Origin: a virus
Direction: 5' to 3' (one strand)
Virus record (IMG/VR): IMGVR_UViG_3300020599_000003
Coordinates: 64,001-128,000 of that record
DNA length: 64,000 nt
The translations under genes were made by a program, and so were the position numbers. How positions within the stretch are numbered: position 1 is the stretch's first letter; the number at the start of each line of letters is the position of its first letter. The notes beneath the pieces are model-generated. The model was not told the origin of the DNA and ran no database searches. It saw only the letters and a program-made list of their open reading frames with translations. This document shows, piece after piece, positions 26,575 through 35,622 of this stretch.

Positions 26575-28053
26575 TTAGAATGCGGCGCTGCGCGGGAGGC
26601 CTGAAGGGAAGCGACCCCAGATACTCGCGGGCGATACCGTTATACCAACAGAACCGATCGCACCTCGTTGCAGCGTGGAGGGATCAGCACTCCCATCACC
26701 CTGCGTGTTTCCTTTAATTATGAGGTTGGTTTTGACAGGCTTCAGGTCCTGATCCAGGCGCTGACGGATCTGATCCGCAGCTTGCTGGTAGGCGGAGGTG
26801 CGGTCAACGTTCAGGCTGATGTTGGCACCCTGATAGTCGAACGCCTTCTCAGCCTCGGCCAGTTCCTGACTTTCCAGGGCGAACATCTCGGCAGACTGCA
26901 GCCAGTACTCCCGGATGATGTTCTTGGCGTTCAGCATCGTGAAGCTGGTGAACTGGCCGGTCGCACCGTTGAAGTAGTCACGCCCACGGCGCAACCAGAT
27001 CATGATGGTCTCCGGCGGGAACAGCAGATCAGGTAGGCCATAGAGGCTGGTGCGAGCCTTGTTCACCCGAGCCTGAACATCGTTGATGGCATCCAGGATC
27101 GACGGGTTGACCACGTAGAGCTTGGCGTACTCAGTCGTCTTGGCTTCACCGGGGTTCCAGTATTGCCAGAGAATGACGTAAGGCTCCAGGCTAACGTTGA
27201 GACCTGAAGTATCCAGAGGCACGCGCCAGAGATACCCAGAGTCCACCCTCTGGTAGTCGTACACTGTCAGCGGAGCGCCCACAATGGTATTGTCGATAGA
27301 CAGCGAGACCTGCACGTTCTGCGGTAGGTAGTCCGTGACGAGGTCGATGGCTGCGGTCGTTCCCTGGAGCTCGACTGCGTCCGATGCGCCCAGAGGGGTA
27401 GTGGTCAAGCCGAGGATCGTGATGTTCTCAGCGACCGTCTGGCTCTGCACACCGTTCAGGTACAGCACGTACTGGATCTGGTACTTGCAGTCGAAGGACG
27501 TTGGCGGGATCGTGCTGGGGATGTTGATGACGCAGGAGGCTCGCACGATGTTGGACACGCCAGTCGAGTTTATGCGATACTCATAGGCCGTGCCTGCCGC
27601 TTGCGTGGTGCCATTGACGTCCAGCAGACGCCACTCCACGAAGCCACCAGCAGGATCCACATCCGGCGGGAAGACGAAGACGGCGACTCCAGTTGCGGCA
27701 TGGCCTGCTTCAATCGAGTCCACCAAATCGGCAAACTCCCCGGGATTCTGCGGAACCACGGGGAACAAAGTAGCCTCTGCGACAGTCACCGCCAGCAAGA
27801 CGATGATGGAGCGACCACTACTGAAGGTCAACTGGATCGGCGCGCCGTAGCTCACGCCGTTCATGCCACCCGACAAGTGGATGGTAGCGGTGCTGAGAGT
27901 GACGACGAGCTGGGGATTCGTGTTCGGGTAGGGCGGCTGCTGGAGGACCATACCAGTGACCGTCTCGCCCGGCTGAAGGTAGCGCGAGGTGTCGAACGGC
28001 ACGTCCGTATCAGTGCGCGGGTCCTTGAACAGGACGAAGGTCTGTTGCTTCAT
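26575..28053 (-). CDS. Putative neck/head-tail adaptor protein with N-terminal Ig-like domains
   Basis: 492 aa; FKDPRTDTDVPFDTSRYL N-terminal module; helical C-terminal region (FDYQGANISLNVDRTSAY) typical of adaptor proteins. Confidence 0.55.
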   Translation of the reverse strand: MKQQTFVLFKDPRTDTDVPFDTSRYLQPGETVTGMVLQQPPYPNTNPQLVVTLSTATIHLSGGMNGVSYGAPIQLTFSSGRSIIVLLAVTVAEATLFPVVPQNPGEFADLVDSIEAGHAATGVAVFVFPPDVDPAGGFVEWRLLDVNGTTQAAGTAYEYRINSTGVSNIVRASCVINIPSTIPPTSFDCKYQIQYVLYLNGVQSQTVAENITILGLTTTPLGASDAVELQGTTAAIDLVTDYLPQNVQVSLSIDNTIVGAPLTVYDYQRVDSGYLWRVPLDTSGLNVSLEPYVILWQYWNPGEAKTTEYAKLYVVNPSILDAINDVQARVNKARTSLYGLPDLLFPPETIMIWLRRGRDYFNGATGQFTSFTMLNAKNIIREYWLQSAEMFALESQELAEAEKAFDYQGANISLNVDRTSAYQQAADQIRQRLDQDLKPVKTNLIIKGNTQGDGSADPSTLQRGAIGSVGITVSPASIWGRFPSGLPRSAAF

Positions 28054-28084
28054 GTGCTTGGTCCCAACGTTGGGTATTAGCTGT

Positions 28085-28657
28085 CTAAAGGTACGGGTTC
28101 CGAAGCTTCCAGATCAACCGAAGAGAGGTCTTCGGTGAAGTCTGTGCCACGGTCTCGCGCTCCCACAGAAAGGAGGTCATAAGATTTGAAGACGGGAGTT
28201 CCCGAAGAATCTCCTTCAGCCAAACGTAGTTGAAGATTTGATTGAAGTTAGAGACCTCGTAGACATTCACGACGTTAGTGCGCGTGGAACCATTCTTGGC
28301 TCTGAACTCATCGAACAGGCCGATAGACCCCGCGAGGTCCTCCCAGTCATGCTTACGAAGCGAGGTGAATGCTGCTATCCGTTGGTGATTGAGTCGTGTG
28401 CCAACGGGGGCAAGCCAGTAGAAGGGCCCAGGGGCAGGGATGAACGGGACCGCCTTCGTGAGCGGACGAATTATCTCTGTCACGTAGGCAGCATTCTTGT
28501 TGACCGAACTCGGTGTATCAAAGTACGCCCCCAGCCAACGTATCGCCCGTACTACATCAGCGGGATAACTGGCCGCTGAGAGCTGAACCCAGAGGTCGTT
28601 CGTGAGGCGCGCAAGGATCCTACGCGTGATATGATTCATGGTGTCGATCTGTTTCAT
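28085..28657 (-). CDS. Hypothetical protein with ILARL signal (start 28657 or 28639)
   Basis: MKQIDT-MNHITRRILARL...VQLSA; 190 aa. Confidence 0.65.
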   Translation of the reverse strand: MKQIDTMNHITRRILARLTNDLWVQLSAASYPADVVRAIRWLGAYFDTPSSVNKNAAYVTEIIRPLTKAVPFIPAPGPFYWLAPVGTRLNHQRIAAFTSLRKHDWEDLAGSIGLFDEFRAKNGSTRTNVVNVYEVSNFNQIFNYVWLKEILRELPSSNLMTSFLWERETVAQTSPKTSLRLIWKLRNPYL

Positions 28658-28672
28658 GGTGTCGATCTGTTT
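28637..28672. repeat. Perfect 18-bp tandem duplication at gene start
   Basis: CATGGTGTCGATCTGTTT x2. Confidence 0.95.
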
Positions 28673-28688
28673 GATTAGAGAGTGCTTC

Positions 28689-28967
28689 TCACCAGTTGGA
28701 TTTGTAGCGGAAGAGGAGCTTCTCCCCTCCCATGGTTTTAGGGTAGCGCGGCTTCACACCACGCAGGGTGAGGCAGAGGTCCTCGGTCAGGTCCTTCACA
28801 GTAGCACGGCGCATATGTTCGCGGAGCTCTTCGACAAGCTCCTTTGCATCCTGGACTTCTTCCTTGTCTGCGATGCCGTGGTACTTCACATTCTGTAGGT
28901 TACGCTCTGCGTTGTGGAGATCGACTGCCAAATCCATCAGGAAGACGTGCCTGCCGTCGATCTCCAT
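28689..28967 (-). CDS. Hypothetical protein
   Basis: 92 aa from ATG 28967 (GGAG RBS). Confidence 0.6.
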   Translation of the reverse strand: MEIDGRHVFLMDLAVDLHNAERNLQNVKYHGIADKEEVQDAKELVEELREHMRRATVKDLTEDLCLTLRGVKPRYPKTMGGEKLLFRYKSNW

Positions 28968-28968
28968 G

Positions 28969-29184
28969 TCAGTCTCCGAGCAGGACCAGTGCGCGCAGGT
29001 ATGGGAGTATGCTCTTGTGCTCCTTGACGAATTGCGCCCACGCATCGGCGGGGTTCTTGGCATACACGGTCAGCGTGGAGGTGCCGTGGCTGTTCTTGTC
29101 GCCTGTGCGGACCTGGAACTGGTACTCCTGCTTCGGTACAGCCGACCGCAGCCGGTGCGCCACGCTGTTGATGATCTTGCTCAT
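28969..29184 (-). CDS. Hypothetical small protein with VAHRL signal variant
   Basis: MSKIINSVAHRLRSA; 71 aa. Confidence 0.7.
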   Translation of the reverse strand: MSKIINSVAHRLRSAVPKQEYQFQVRTGDKNSHGTSTLTVYAKNPADAWAQFVKEHKSILPYLRALVLLGD

Positions 29185-29185
29185 G

Positions 29186-29368
29186 CTAGAGCTCTCCTAC
29201 GAACTTGAACCCACCGAGCTTGCCTGAAGCGAGATCGGCGAAGTTGTCTCTGTACAGGCGCTTGGCAATCCTGCTAAATGCCTCGTTCTGATTAGCAGCG
29301 TCTTGCGCGAATGTGAGGGTGCGTGGACCAACCTTCAACTCGAAGAAGTAGGTAGTCTCAACACTCAC
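29186..29368 (-). CDS. Hypothetical small protein
   Basis: 60 aa; GTG start after AAGGAGG. Confidence 0.65.
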   Translation of the reverse strand: MSVETTYFFELKVGPRTLTFAQDAANQNEAFSRIAKRLYRDNFADLASGKLGGFKFVGEL

Positions 29369-29786
29369 CCTCCTTATCGGCTGCGGCGCGGGCGCGGAAG
29401 CCAGCCGCTGCAGTCAGGCGGGACGTAACATTCTTCAGCACGTCCGGCTTCATGTCCTTGGCAGGGGCGTCCTCAACCAGGATGTCCGTGACGAAGCCGT
29501 ACTGGTCGCACACGCAGTAGATCTTGGCCTGGAGGCGTTTCAGGATGTTGCGGAACACGAGCTTGTCGCCGTACTTGACCTTCTGGCGAGTCGGCCGCAC
29601 GTCCGCGCCGAACTTCAGGAAGGTAGCACCCATGATGGCCCCGTAGGACAGCATCTTCTGGGGTTCGATCAGGATGGCCTTCGGGTTGGCTGGGTCTTCA
29701 CCAGGCTCTTCACGAAGCTCGCACTTGATGTGCAGTAACTTGGTGATGGAGTCCGCGATAGCTTGAGCTTTCTGCTGGAGGTTCAT
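29358..29786 (-). CDS. Hypothetical protein
   Basis: 142 aa; coupled to its neighbours. Confidence 0.7.
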   Translation of the reverse strand: MNLQQKAQAIADSITKLLHIKCELREEPGEDPANPKAILIEPQKMLSYGAIMGATFLKFGADVRPTRQKVKYGDKLVFRNILKRLQAKIYCVCDQYGFVTDILVEDAPAKDMKPDVLKNVTSRLTAAAGFRARAAADKEGEC

Positions 29787-30232
29787 GGTATCTCGTCGCT
29801 CAGGGTGAGCTTGGTTGAGAGTTGTGTGCGGGCCTTGAGGTGCACTGTCAGGACCATTGCCATTGACTGGAAGTCCACGTCATACACTAGGCTGTCAGGT
29901 AGGCGCGCCCTCAGACGGATGCTGAGAAGTGTGCCGCTGGAGCCCAGACCCCACATGAGGTAGCCGAGGTCAGTGGGCTTGGAGAATAGAACCGATACAG
30001 TGTGGTTGCTGTTCTCCTCCTCTATGCTCTGCGTGAGGATGTGGACTTGGCCGAGGTCCGTGGCAAGGCGGAGTGCTGCGGAGTTCAACATCGCGATCCT
30101 GATGCGAGTCTTCGCAGCGCGCTCTGCTTCGGTTACTAGGGCGCGCACCTGAGCAAGGACGGGGTCAGTGACTTGTGAGCCCGCCGGAGCTCGCTTCTTG
30201 AAGCGGAGCCAGCGGAGCCATGCGCCCCGCAC
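29783..30232 (-). CDS. Hypothetical protein (start uncertain)
   Basis: 149 aa ORF in the operon. Confidence 0.6.
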   Translation of the reverse strand: MRGAWLRWLRFKKRAPAGSQVTDPVLAQVRALVTEAERAAKTRIRIAMLNSAALRLATDLGQVHILTQSIEEENSNHTVSVLFSKPTDLGYLMWGLGSSGTLLSIRLRARLPDSLVYDVDFQSMAMVLTVHLKARTQLSTKLTLSDEIP

Positions 30233-30236
30233 CCCG

Positions 30237-31478
30237 TTACTTCCCCTGGTTGAGGATGTGGACGATACGACGTAGCTGACGATCGTCGATACGGAAGCGC
30301 TCCTTGAAGAACTCAGCGTCTTCGTATGAGATGTCCAGCGGACCTGCCGTGCCGACCGACGTGAACACGATCTTGCGTTGGCCGGGCATGGAATCCATGC
30401 GCAGACGGGCCGTGCGCTGGTTCTTCAGCAGGCGCTTGACGTCGACGTAAAGCTCACTGCCAATCTTGCTGTAGTCATTCTTGGGGACCGCCTTCTTGAT
30501 GTTGAAGGTGATGGTTGTGCCCGAGACCTCGAAGGTGTCGATGAGATCTGCCACGCTGAACAGCGACTTGCTGATGTTGGCCGGGTCGTGCAGGAAGGCC
30601 AGCGACAGCGGTACTACGCCAAGCTCGGACGAGAACTGCTCCAGACTCAGCAAGTGCGCCACCGCCTTCACGGCCGAACCTGCCGAAGTTACTTCGGTCC
30701 CGTGACCCTGCTTGAGCAAAGAATTGGGAGTCACGTAGTCGTGTTCCAGGTAGACGTAGATTGCGGGGTCCACCTTGTTGTTGCCGACTACCCACTGGAC
30801 CACGATGTACAGGGCCGGAGTCACCGAGCCGTCATCGTTGATGGCGTCTTCCATCATCTTGTAATAGGTGAAGACGAGGGAGCCTTCACCCGTCACGCTG
30901 ATGTACAGGAAGTTCTGTGTGTTCTGGCAGGGGACATGTGCGTCGACCTCCTCGGAGATCGCGTCGATGTACTTCTGGAACGACTTCGGCACATGCTTGT
31001 TGGCCAGATCGCTGATGAAGCCGAGGCACTTCCGCAGCGCCTTGCCGACGCCCTTCTTGGCCTCGGCGATCTCACGGATCATGCCCTTGGCAGCGGGGGC
31101 GTCCTTGAAGCGAGTGATGATCTGGGACTCGACCGCTTCCAGCGTGCGGTACTTCTCGTGGAGCTCTTCAGCGAGCTTGTACTGCTTCTCGAGCGCGGCC
31201 TTGTTGGGTACAATCACGTCCACGAGATCGGGGTCCATGGTGCGCTTGAGCTTACGTAGGCGCGCACGAGCGTCATCGGCATCTTCATCGCGCAGGGTGA
31301 TGGTGAACGTTGAGTTGGACGCAGCCGACAGGCGCGTGGTGGCAGTGAGAGAGGAAGCGAGCAGCTTCTCTTGCTTGTTGACGAGCTGCTCGATCTCCTT
31401 GATCGAGACCTTGAGGTCCTTCAGGTAATCGCGATATCCTTCCAGATAGCGGAACTGAGGGATGTTTACTCCAGCCAT
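30237..31478 (-). CDS. Hypothetical conserved-looking virion protein
   Basis: 413 aa; coiled-coil N-terminal half; strong phage codon bias. Confidence 0.8.
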   Translation of the reverse strand: MAGVNIPQFRYLEGYRDYLKDLKVSIKEIEQLVNKQEKLLASSLTATTRLSAASNSTFTITLRDEDADDARARLRKLKRTMDPDLVDVIVPNKAALEKQYKLAEELHEKYRTLEAVESQIITRFKDAPAAKGMIREIAEAKKGVGKALRKCLGFISDLANKHVPKSFQKYIDAISEEVDAHVPCQNTQNFLYISVTGEGSLVFTYYKMMEDAINDDGSVTPALYIVVQWVVGNNKVDPAIYVYLEHDYVTPNSLLKQGHGTEVTSAGSAVKAVAHLLSLEQFSSELGVVPLSLAFLHDPANISKSLFSVADLIDTFEVSGTTITFNIKKAVPKNDYSKIGSELYVDVKRLLKNQRTARLRMDSMPGQRKIVFTSVGTAGPLDISYEDAEFFKERFRIDDRQLRRIVHILNQGK

Positions 31479-31511
31479 AGTAGGAGGGCTCCGAGTGTTG
31501 TACGTATTGGT

Positions 31512-31520
31512 ATTAAATTG
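31512..31520 (-). promoter_or_regulatory. Promoter motif variant CAATTTAAT
   Basis: One mismatch, 34 nt upstream of the 31478 start. Confidence 0.5.
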
Positions 31521-31532
31521 CTAGATAGAGTC

Positions 31533-31886
31533 TCAGTTGGCAGGGATGACGATTGCCCCCACACTGCGGTCAGACTCCTTCCACTTGATCTTGATGTCGA
31601 TGCTTGACCAGAACTCGGGGTTGAAGTTGCTGAACCAGAGCTCCTTCACCCTACGAACCTTGGCATAGCCGATGATCTTATTGATCAGCAGACGAGCATA
31701 ACCTCGGTAGCGCCGATCCTCGGGTACATAGATGTTCATGAGAGTCGGGCGCGAAGTCTCGTAGTCAGTGCCCACGTTCCATGGACAGTCCCAGTCCACA
31801 TCCGCGTGTGCGAAGTGCTGCTTGTCTGCCCATGCTTGAGTCTCCAACTCTGGAGTGCCGAGATCAACGAAGTAGGTGTCGATCAT
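31533..31886 (-). CDS. GNAT acetyltransferase
   Basis: LMNIYVPEDRRYRGYARLLINKII (motif A); ...NPEFW. Confidence 0.7.
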   Translation of the reverse strand: MIDTYFVDLGTPELETQAWADKQHFAHADVDWDCPWNVGTDYETSRPTLMNIYVPEDRRYRGYARLLINKIIGYAKVRRVKELWFSNFNPEFWSSIDIKIKWKESDRSVGAIVIPAN

Positions 31887-31891
31887 GATGC

Positions 31892-33115
31892 TCAGTAGGG
31901 CCTCCACTGGTAGCGCGGGCGTACTGCACGCTTGGCCTTCTGATGCTCGATGTTGCGAGTGATGAGCTCGGTCAACGCAGCGAGCACGGTCTTGTAGTCA
32001 GGATCTTCCGGCTCGGTGCGCTCGAACATGTCAGGCAGACCGTTGATGTTGATCCACTGCCAGCTATGGCTGCGCAGCCCGTCGCGGAACTGCGCATCGC
32101 TGATGAAGCTGAGCGCCTTCGGCCGCTTCGGGTTGAAGAACAGGTAGCCGTTGAGGCGCTCGCCTTCCTGGTTCACGTACAGGATCGGAACGGGTTCGGC
32201 CTTCACGTTGCTGATACTGTAGTACTTCTTGGTCAGGCCCTCCTTGGCCTCTTCCTTGCGGGTTTCAGCAGCTTCCTTCTGAGCGCGCTCCTGCGGAGTC
32301 ATGTACTCCACATTGTCGGTCGTGTCGTAGCGTTTAGGCTCCAGGCCGACCTTGCGCATCCATCCTGCCCACAGTGGGCCGTGTCCCTTATTGGCAGTCT
32401 CGCGGACCTTGTCGATCTCGGACACAGCCTGATGGCACATCTCGTGGAGGAAGACTTCAGCGAACACGTCGAAGCGTGCGTTGAACAGGCGCGGCGAGAT
32501 CATCAGCTCGCGGATGTTGTTGATGCCACCGTGCCGCCACAGGCCGCGCTTGCGCATCTGGATGCCCATGTCCCTGAGGAAGCCGAGGGTAGGCTCCTCC
32601 ATCTGGTTCTGGAACTTGTGCTGGTTCCAGTAGTGCCAGATCTTCTTCATGAAGTCGTGGCAGGCCGTGCGGGGATTGCCGAGGGCTTGGATCTTCTTGT
32701 ACAGATCGATCAGCTGATCGCTGGCCCAGGTCTTCTTGTCGACGTCGGGATTGTACGGCGGAGTGTCGACCGGAGGCAGGGGCTTCGGCGGCGTGCGCTT
32801 CTCCACCTTCTCGATGTTCTGGATCAGCACGCGCTTGCGACCTTCGTTGACGTAGATCGCGCCGAGGTTGGGCACGACCCATTGGATGCGCTTGGCGACC
32901 TTCTTGCCAGCGCCGAACGTTTTGTCCAGGATGAACTTGTTGTAATCCGTGTACTGGAGGCGGATCCAGTTGTCTTCCGGGTGGTCCTCGAACTTCAGGC
33001 CCGAGAAGCCGAGGGTGTGGAGGTAGCTAGTGGCCTTGTCCACATCGGCTTGCGATGCGACGATGGTCCGTCCAGGGAATGCGAACAGGTTATTTCCTAC
33101 ACAGATGTAGCACAT
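31892..33115 (-). CDS. SprT-like zinc metalloprotease with extra N- and C-terminal domains
   Basis: VFLHEMCHQAV (HExxH) followed by GHGPLWAGWMRKVG, the SprT signature. Confidence 0.85.
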   Translation of the reverse strand: MCYICVGNNLFAFPGRTIVASQADVDKATSYLHTLGFSGLKFEDHPEDNWIRLQYTDYNKFILDKTFGAGKKVAKRIQWVVPNLGAIYVNEGRKRVLIQNIEKVEKRTPPKPLPPVDTPPYNPDVDKKTWASDQLIDLYKKIQALGNPRTACHDFMKKIWHYWNQHKFQNQMEEPTLGFLRDMGIQMRKRGLWRHGGINNIRELMISPRLFNARFDVFAEVFLHEMCHQAVSEIDKVRETANKGHGPLWAGWMRKVGLEPKRYDTTDNVEYMTPQERAQKEAAETRKEEAKEGLTKKYYSISNVKAEPVPILYVNQEGERLNGYLFFNPKRPKALSFISDAQFRDGLRSHSWQWININGLPDMFERTEPEDPDYKTVLAALTELITRNIEHQKAKRAVRPRYQWRPY

Positions 33116-33219
33116 GAGATGTGTGATCCTCAGAATGCGCGACCGTCGCGGCGGTCAAATGAACAGGCACCGAGACGGATGGGGGCCTCCATCCCAGTCG
33201 TCTTCCACACCACGGAAGT

Positions 33220-33891
33220 TCAGCTTCTCGCGGTCTTCTTAGGCATGGTGTTCGTGGGAGATATCTTGAACCGCTTCATGAACTTCTCGAGGGTCCACCC
33301 CTTGCCGAGCAACACGAGACGTACCTCGTAGGAGTTAAGCTGCTGCTTGGTGAGACCCTCACCATGACCCAAGAACTCCGCAGGCTGATTGACGGGAACC
33401 CTGATTAGGAACCATGGGTAGGTGCGGCCGAGCTTCTCCCACATCATGTTGGCCCCAGGTGACTGGGTGCCTGACGACATGAAGCACATGCCGTGGTTGA
33501 GCGCCCACTTGTAGATAGCAGAAGCGTACCCCTTACCCTGTGCCCGTTCTGCAAATGTAGCGTGCGGCGTTAGTAGATTCTGGTAGCGCACTCTGCCAAC
33601 CCCAATAGCTTGGCGCTCGAACCTCACATAACCGACCGTATACTCTTCCTTTGATACAGGGTCAACTTCACGGACCAGGATGAGAGAGGTGGTCTTGGTG
33701 ATCGGATGTTGGAAGGTGACCAAGATCACGCCAGGAATGGCGGTGGTGATGCGCTTGATGGGCTTCTTCTCCTGCTCGGCGCGCCGGAGCATCTTGTCAC
33801 CAGCCCACAGATCTGCATATACGTCACGACTGCTCATGCCGAAGTCGAGATCCATGGCTCGGACCGTCTGTGCTGCGATTGCTTTGAACAT
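33220..33891 (-). CDS. GNAT-like acetyltransferase, paralog of 20203-20748
   Basis: 223 aa from ATG 33891; ERAQGKGYASAIYKWAL, QSPGANMMWEKL, LLGKGWTLEKFM. Confidence 0.7.
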   Translation of the reverse strand: MFKAIAAQTVRAMDLDFGMSSRDVYADLWAGDKMLRRAEQEKKPIKRITTAIPGVILVTFQHPITKTTSLILVREVDPVSKEEYTVGYVRFERQAIGVGRVRYQNLLTPHATFAERAQGKGYASAIYKWALNHGMCFMSSGTQSPGANMMWEKLGRTYPWFLIRVPVNQPAEFLGHGEGLTKQQLNSYEVRLVLLGKGWTLEKFMKRFKISPTNTMPKKTARS

Positions 33892-33893
33892 GG

Positions 33894-35123
33894 TTAGGTC
33901 CTGAAACGCCCGTAGGAGTTGTCGTGTACGCCAGTCGTGGTTTGGTACTTGGTTGGGGTGCGGCCTCGCTTCGGCAAGAGGTGATAGAGCTCCTGAGGCT
34001 GCGAGACGCGTACCGTGGCTTCCCAACCCAAGTTGAGAGCCTGAAGGGTAGACCACGGAGTAACGGCACCGACCACGAGGACACGCCCAGTCTTGGACTC
34101 GGTGATCACGTCCTGCTTGAACAGCCGAGGTACATTGGGAGAGAGCAGGACCTGGAAGGGGTCAGTACTGTCCAGCTTGCTGAGGTCAGCAGATTGGCCC
34201 ATCTTCGGGAGCTCGATGTACGCGGATTCGTGCGACAGGTTGGCCTGGAACTCGAAGTGCGTGAAGTGCGTCGGCTTGTCGAAGTCGATGGTGACCGTGA
34301 CCGTCTTGCCAGCGAAGCCAGCAATCAGGTGGTTCGTGATCGGCTGCCCATCGAAGCGGATGGTGGTGGGGACGATGAGGTCCATGTTGAACAGGCGGCA
34401 AGCATCGACACCGATGATCCCCGCGGGGATGAGGAGTTGGAACTCCAGGTGTGTGCCAACAGCCTTCCAGGGCCGTGCCGAAGCATCGATCTGGCCGTCG
34501 CGCTGGCCGATGTTCATCATGCCAACGTGGATCACCTTGCGGTAGCCGTACATCGGGCTGAAGCCACCAACGAATGCAGTACCGAAGCAGACAGGGCAGG
34601 CGATGTCCGTGATGCCGAGCGAGGACGTGTCGAATTCACCAACGAGAGCGTCGAGATCCAACTCCCGCTCAGGACCGTCGTCCTTGAACGATTCCTCGCT
34701 GAACAGCGGGATCACCAGACCGTCCGTGTTGAAGTTGGTGCTGGGCATGTTCCCTGAGTCGAATCCAGATTCCTGCCACTTCGATACAGGTGCATTTGGG
34801 CTGGTGATGGTCGGAGGTTGCCGCTGAGCATAGGGCTTGATGGAGGAGGGTGCACCGAGCATCATCTCGGTGATAGCCCCTTCGCTGAGCTTGCCGTCCT
34901 TGCCCATACGCCCCGCAAGATTGAGGCGAGAAGCGCCGCAGGTACATTTCATGCCCTGCTCGAGACGGTTGTAGACGACCCCTTGAGCACCCTGCACCAT
35001 GAAGGCCCCCATGTATCTCGTTTGAAATACCGGGGTTATTTCTTGGACTGCTTTCTGTGCGACGCTAACAGACCTGCTATTGGCGGGCAGTATTTTATTG
35101 TTCGACCGGCTTTTTACTGGCAT
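33894..35123 (-). CDS. Putative neck/head-closure protein
   Basis: ATG 35123 with GGAG RBS; CTCG...CPVCFGTAFVGGF zinc motif recalled from large-myophage neck proteins. Confidence 0.55.
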   Translation of the reverse strand: MPVKSRSNNKILPANSRSVSVAQKAVQEITPVFQTRYMGAFMVQGAQGVVYNRLEQGMKCTCGASRLNLAGRMGKDGKLSEGAITEMMLGAPSSIKPYAQRQPPTITSPNAPVSKWQESGFDSGNMPSTNFNTDGLVIPLFSEESFKDDGPERELDLDALVGEFDTSSLGITDIACPVCFGTAFVGGFSPMYGYRKVIHVGMMNIGQRDGQIDASARPWKAVGTHLEFQLLIPAGIIGVDACRLFNMDLIVPTTIRFDGQPITNHLIAGFAGKTVTVTIDFDKPTHFTHFEFQANLSHESAYIELPKMGQSADLSKLDSTDPFQVLLSPNVPRLFKQDVITESKTGRVLVVGAVTPWSTLQALNLGWEATVRVSQPQELYHLLPKRGRTPTKYQTTTGVHDNSYGRFRT

Positions 35124-35124
35124 A

Positions 35125-35510
35125 CTAATCTCCAAGTACCTTTAGGTAGGGCCTTCCTGGACAGTATATCCCGTAGTTGGTGTTCCGAATAGCGCCCAGG
35201 TTCTTGATCCGCAGGTGTTCACATGAAAGGGCATCTATCTCGCGCACATCGTCTAGGACTCGGACGATGATCGGCTGAAGACCCATGCGCGGTAGCTTAC
35301 GGATAGTCGTGCACTTGCGGTTGCGACCGCCAACCTTCGCCTCCAATACGTGGTCTCCGGAGCGATTGCCCTCCCCTTTCCTACATAGAAGGGCTGGTAC
35401 TCGAACTTGATGAACTCCCCAGTACCGGCAATCTCGTACTCGAAGGCCCCTACCTTACGTGGATCGAGCAGGACATACACGGAGAACTCGAGTACCTCGC
35501 TGTACGTCAC
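35125..35510 (-). pseudogene. Frameshifted, truncated GIY-YIG homing endonuclease remnant
   Basis: VYVLLDPRK...FYVGKG, then a one-base frameshift at GGGGAGGGC (about 35368-35376) restores RGNRSGDHVLEAK...RKCTTIRKL. Confidence 0.7.
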
Positions 35511-35622
35511 GTTCGAGTAGTAGCCTCCATCCGACCCGCCACATGATTAATGCGAGATGGTATGCAGGCGGGGATGGATTTGGAGCGGACAGGCACGCCG
35601 GTATCCTGTGTGGTGCGATACC

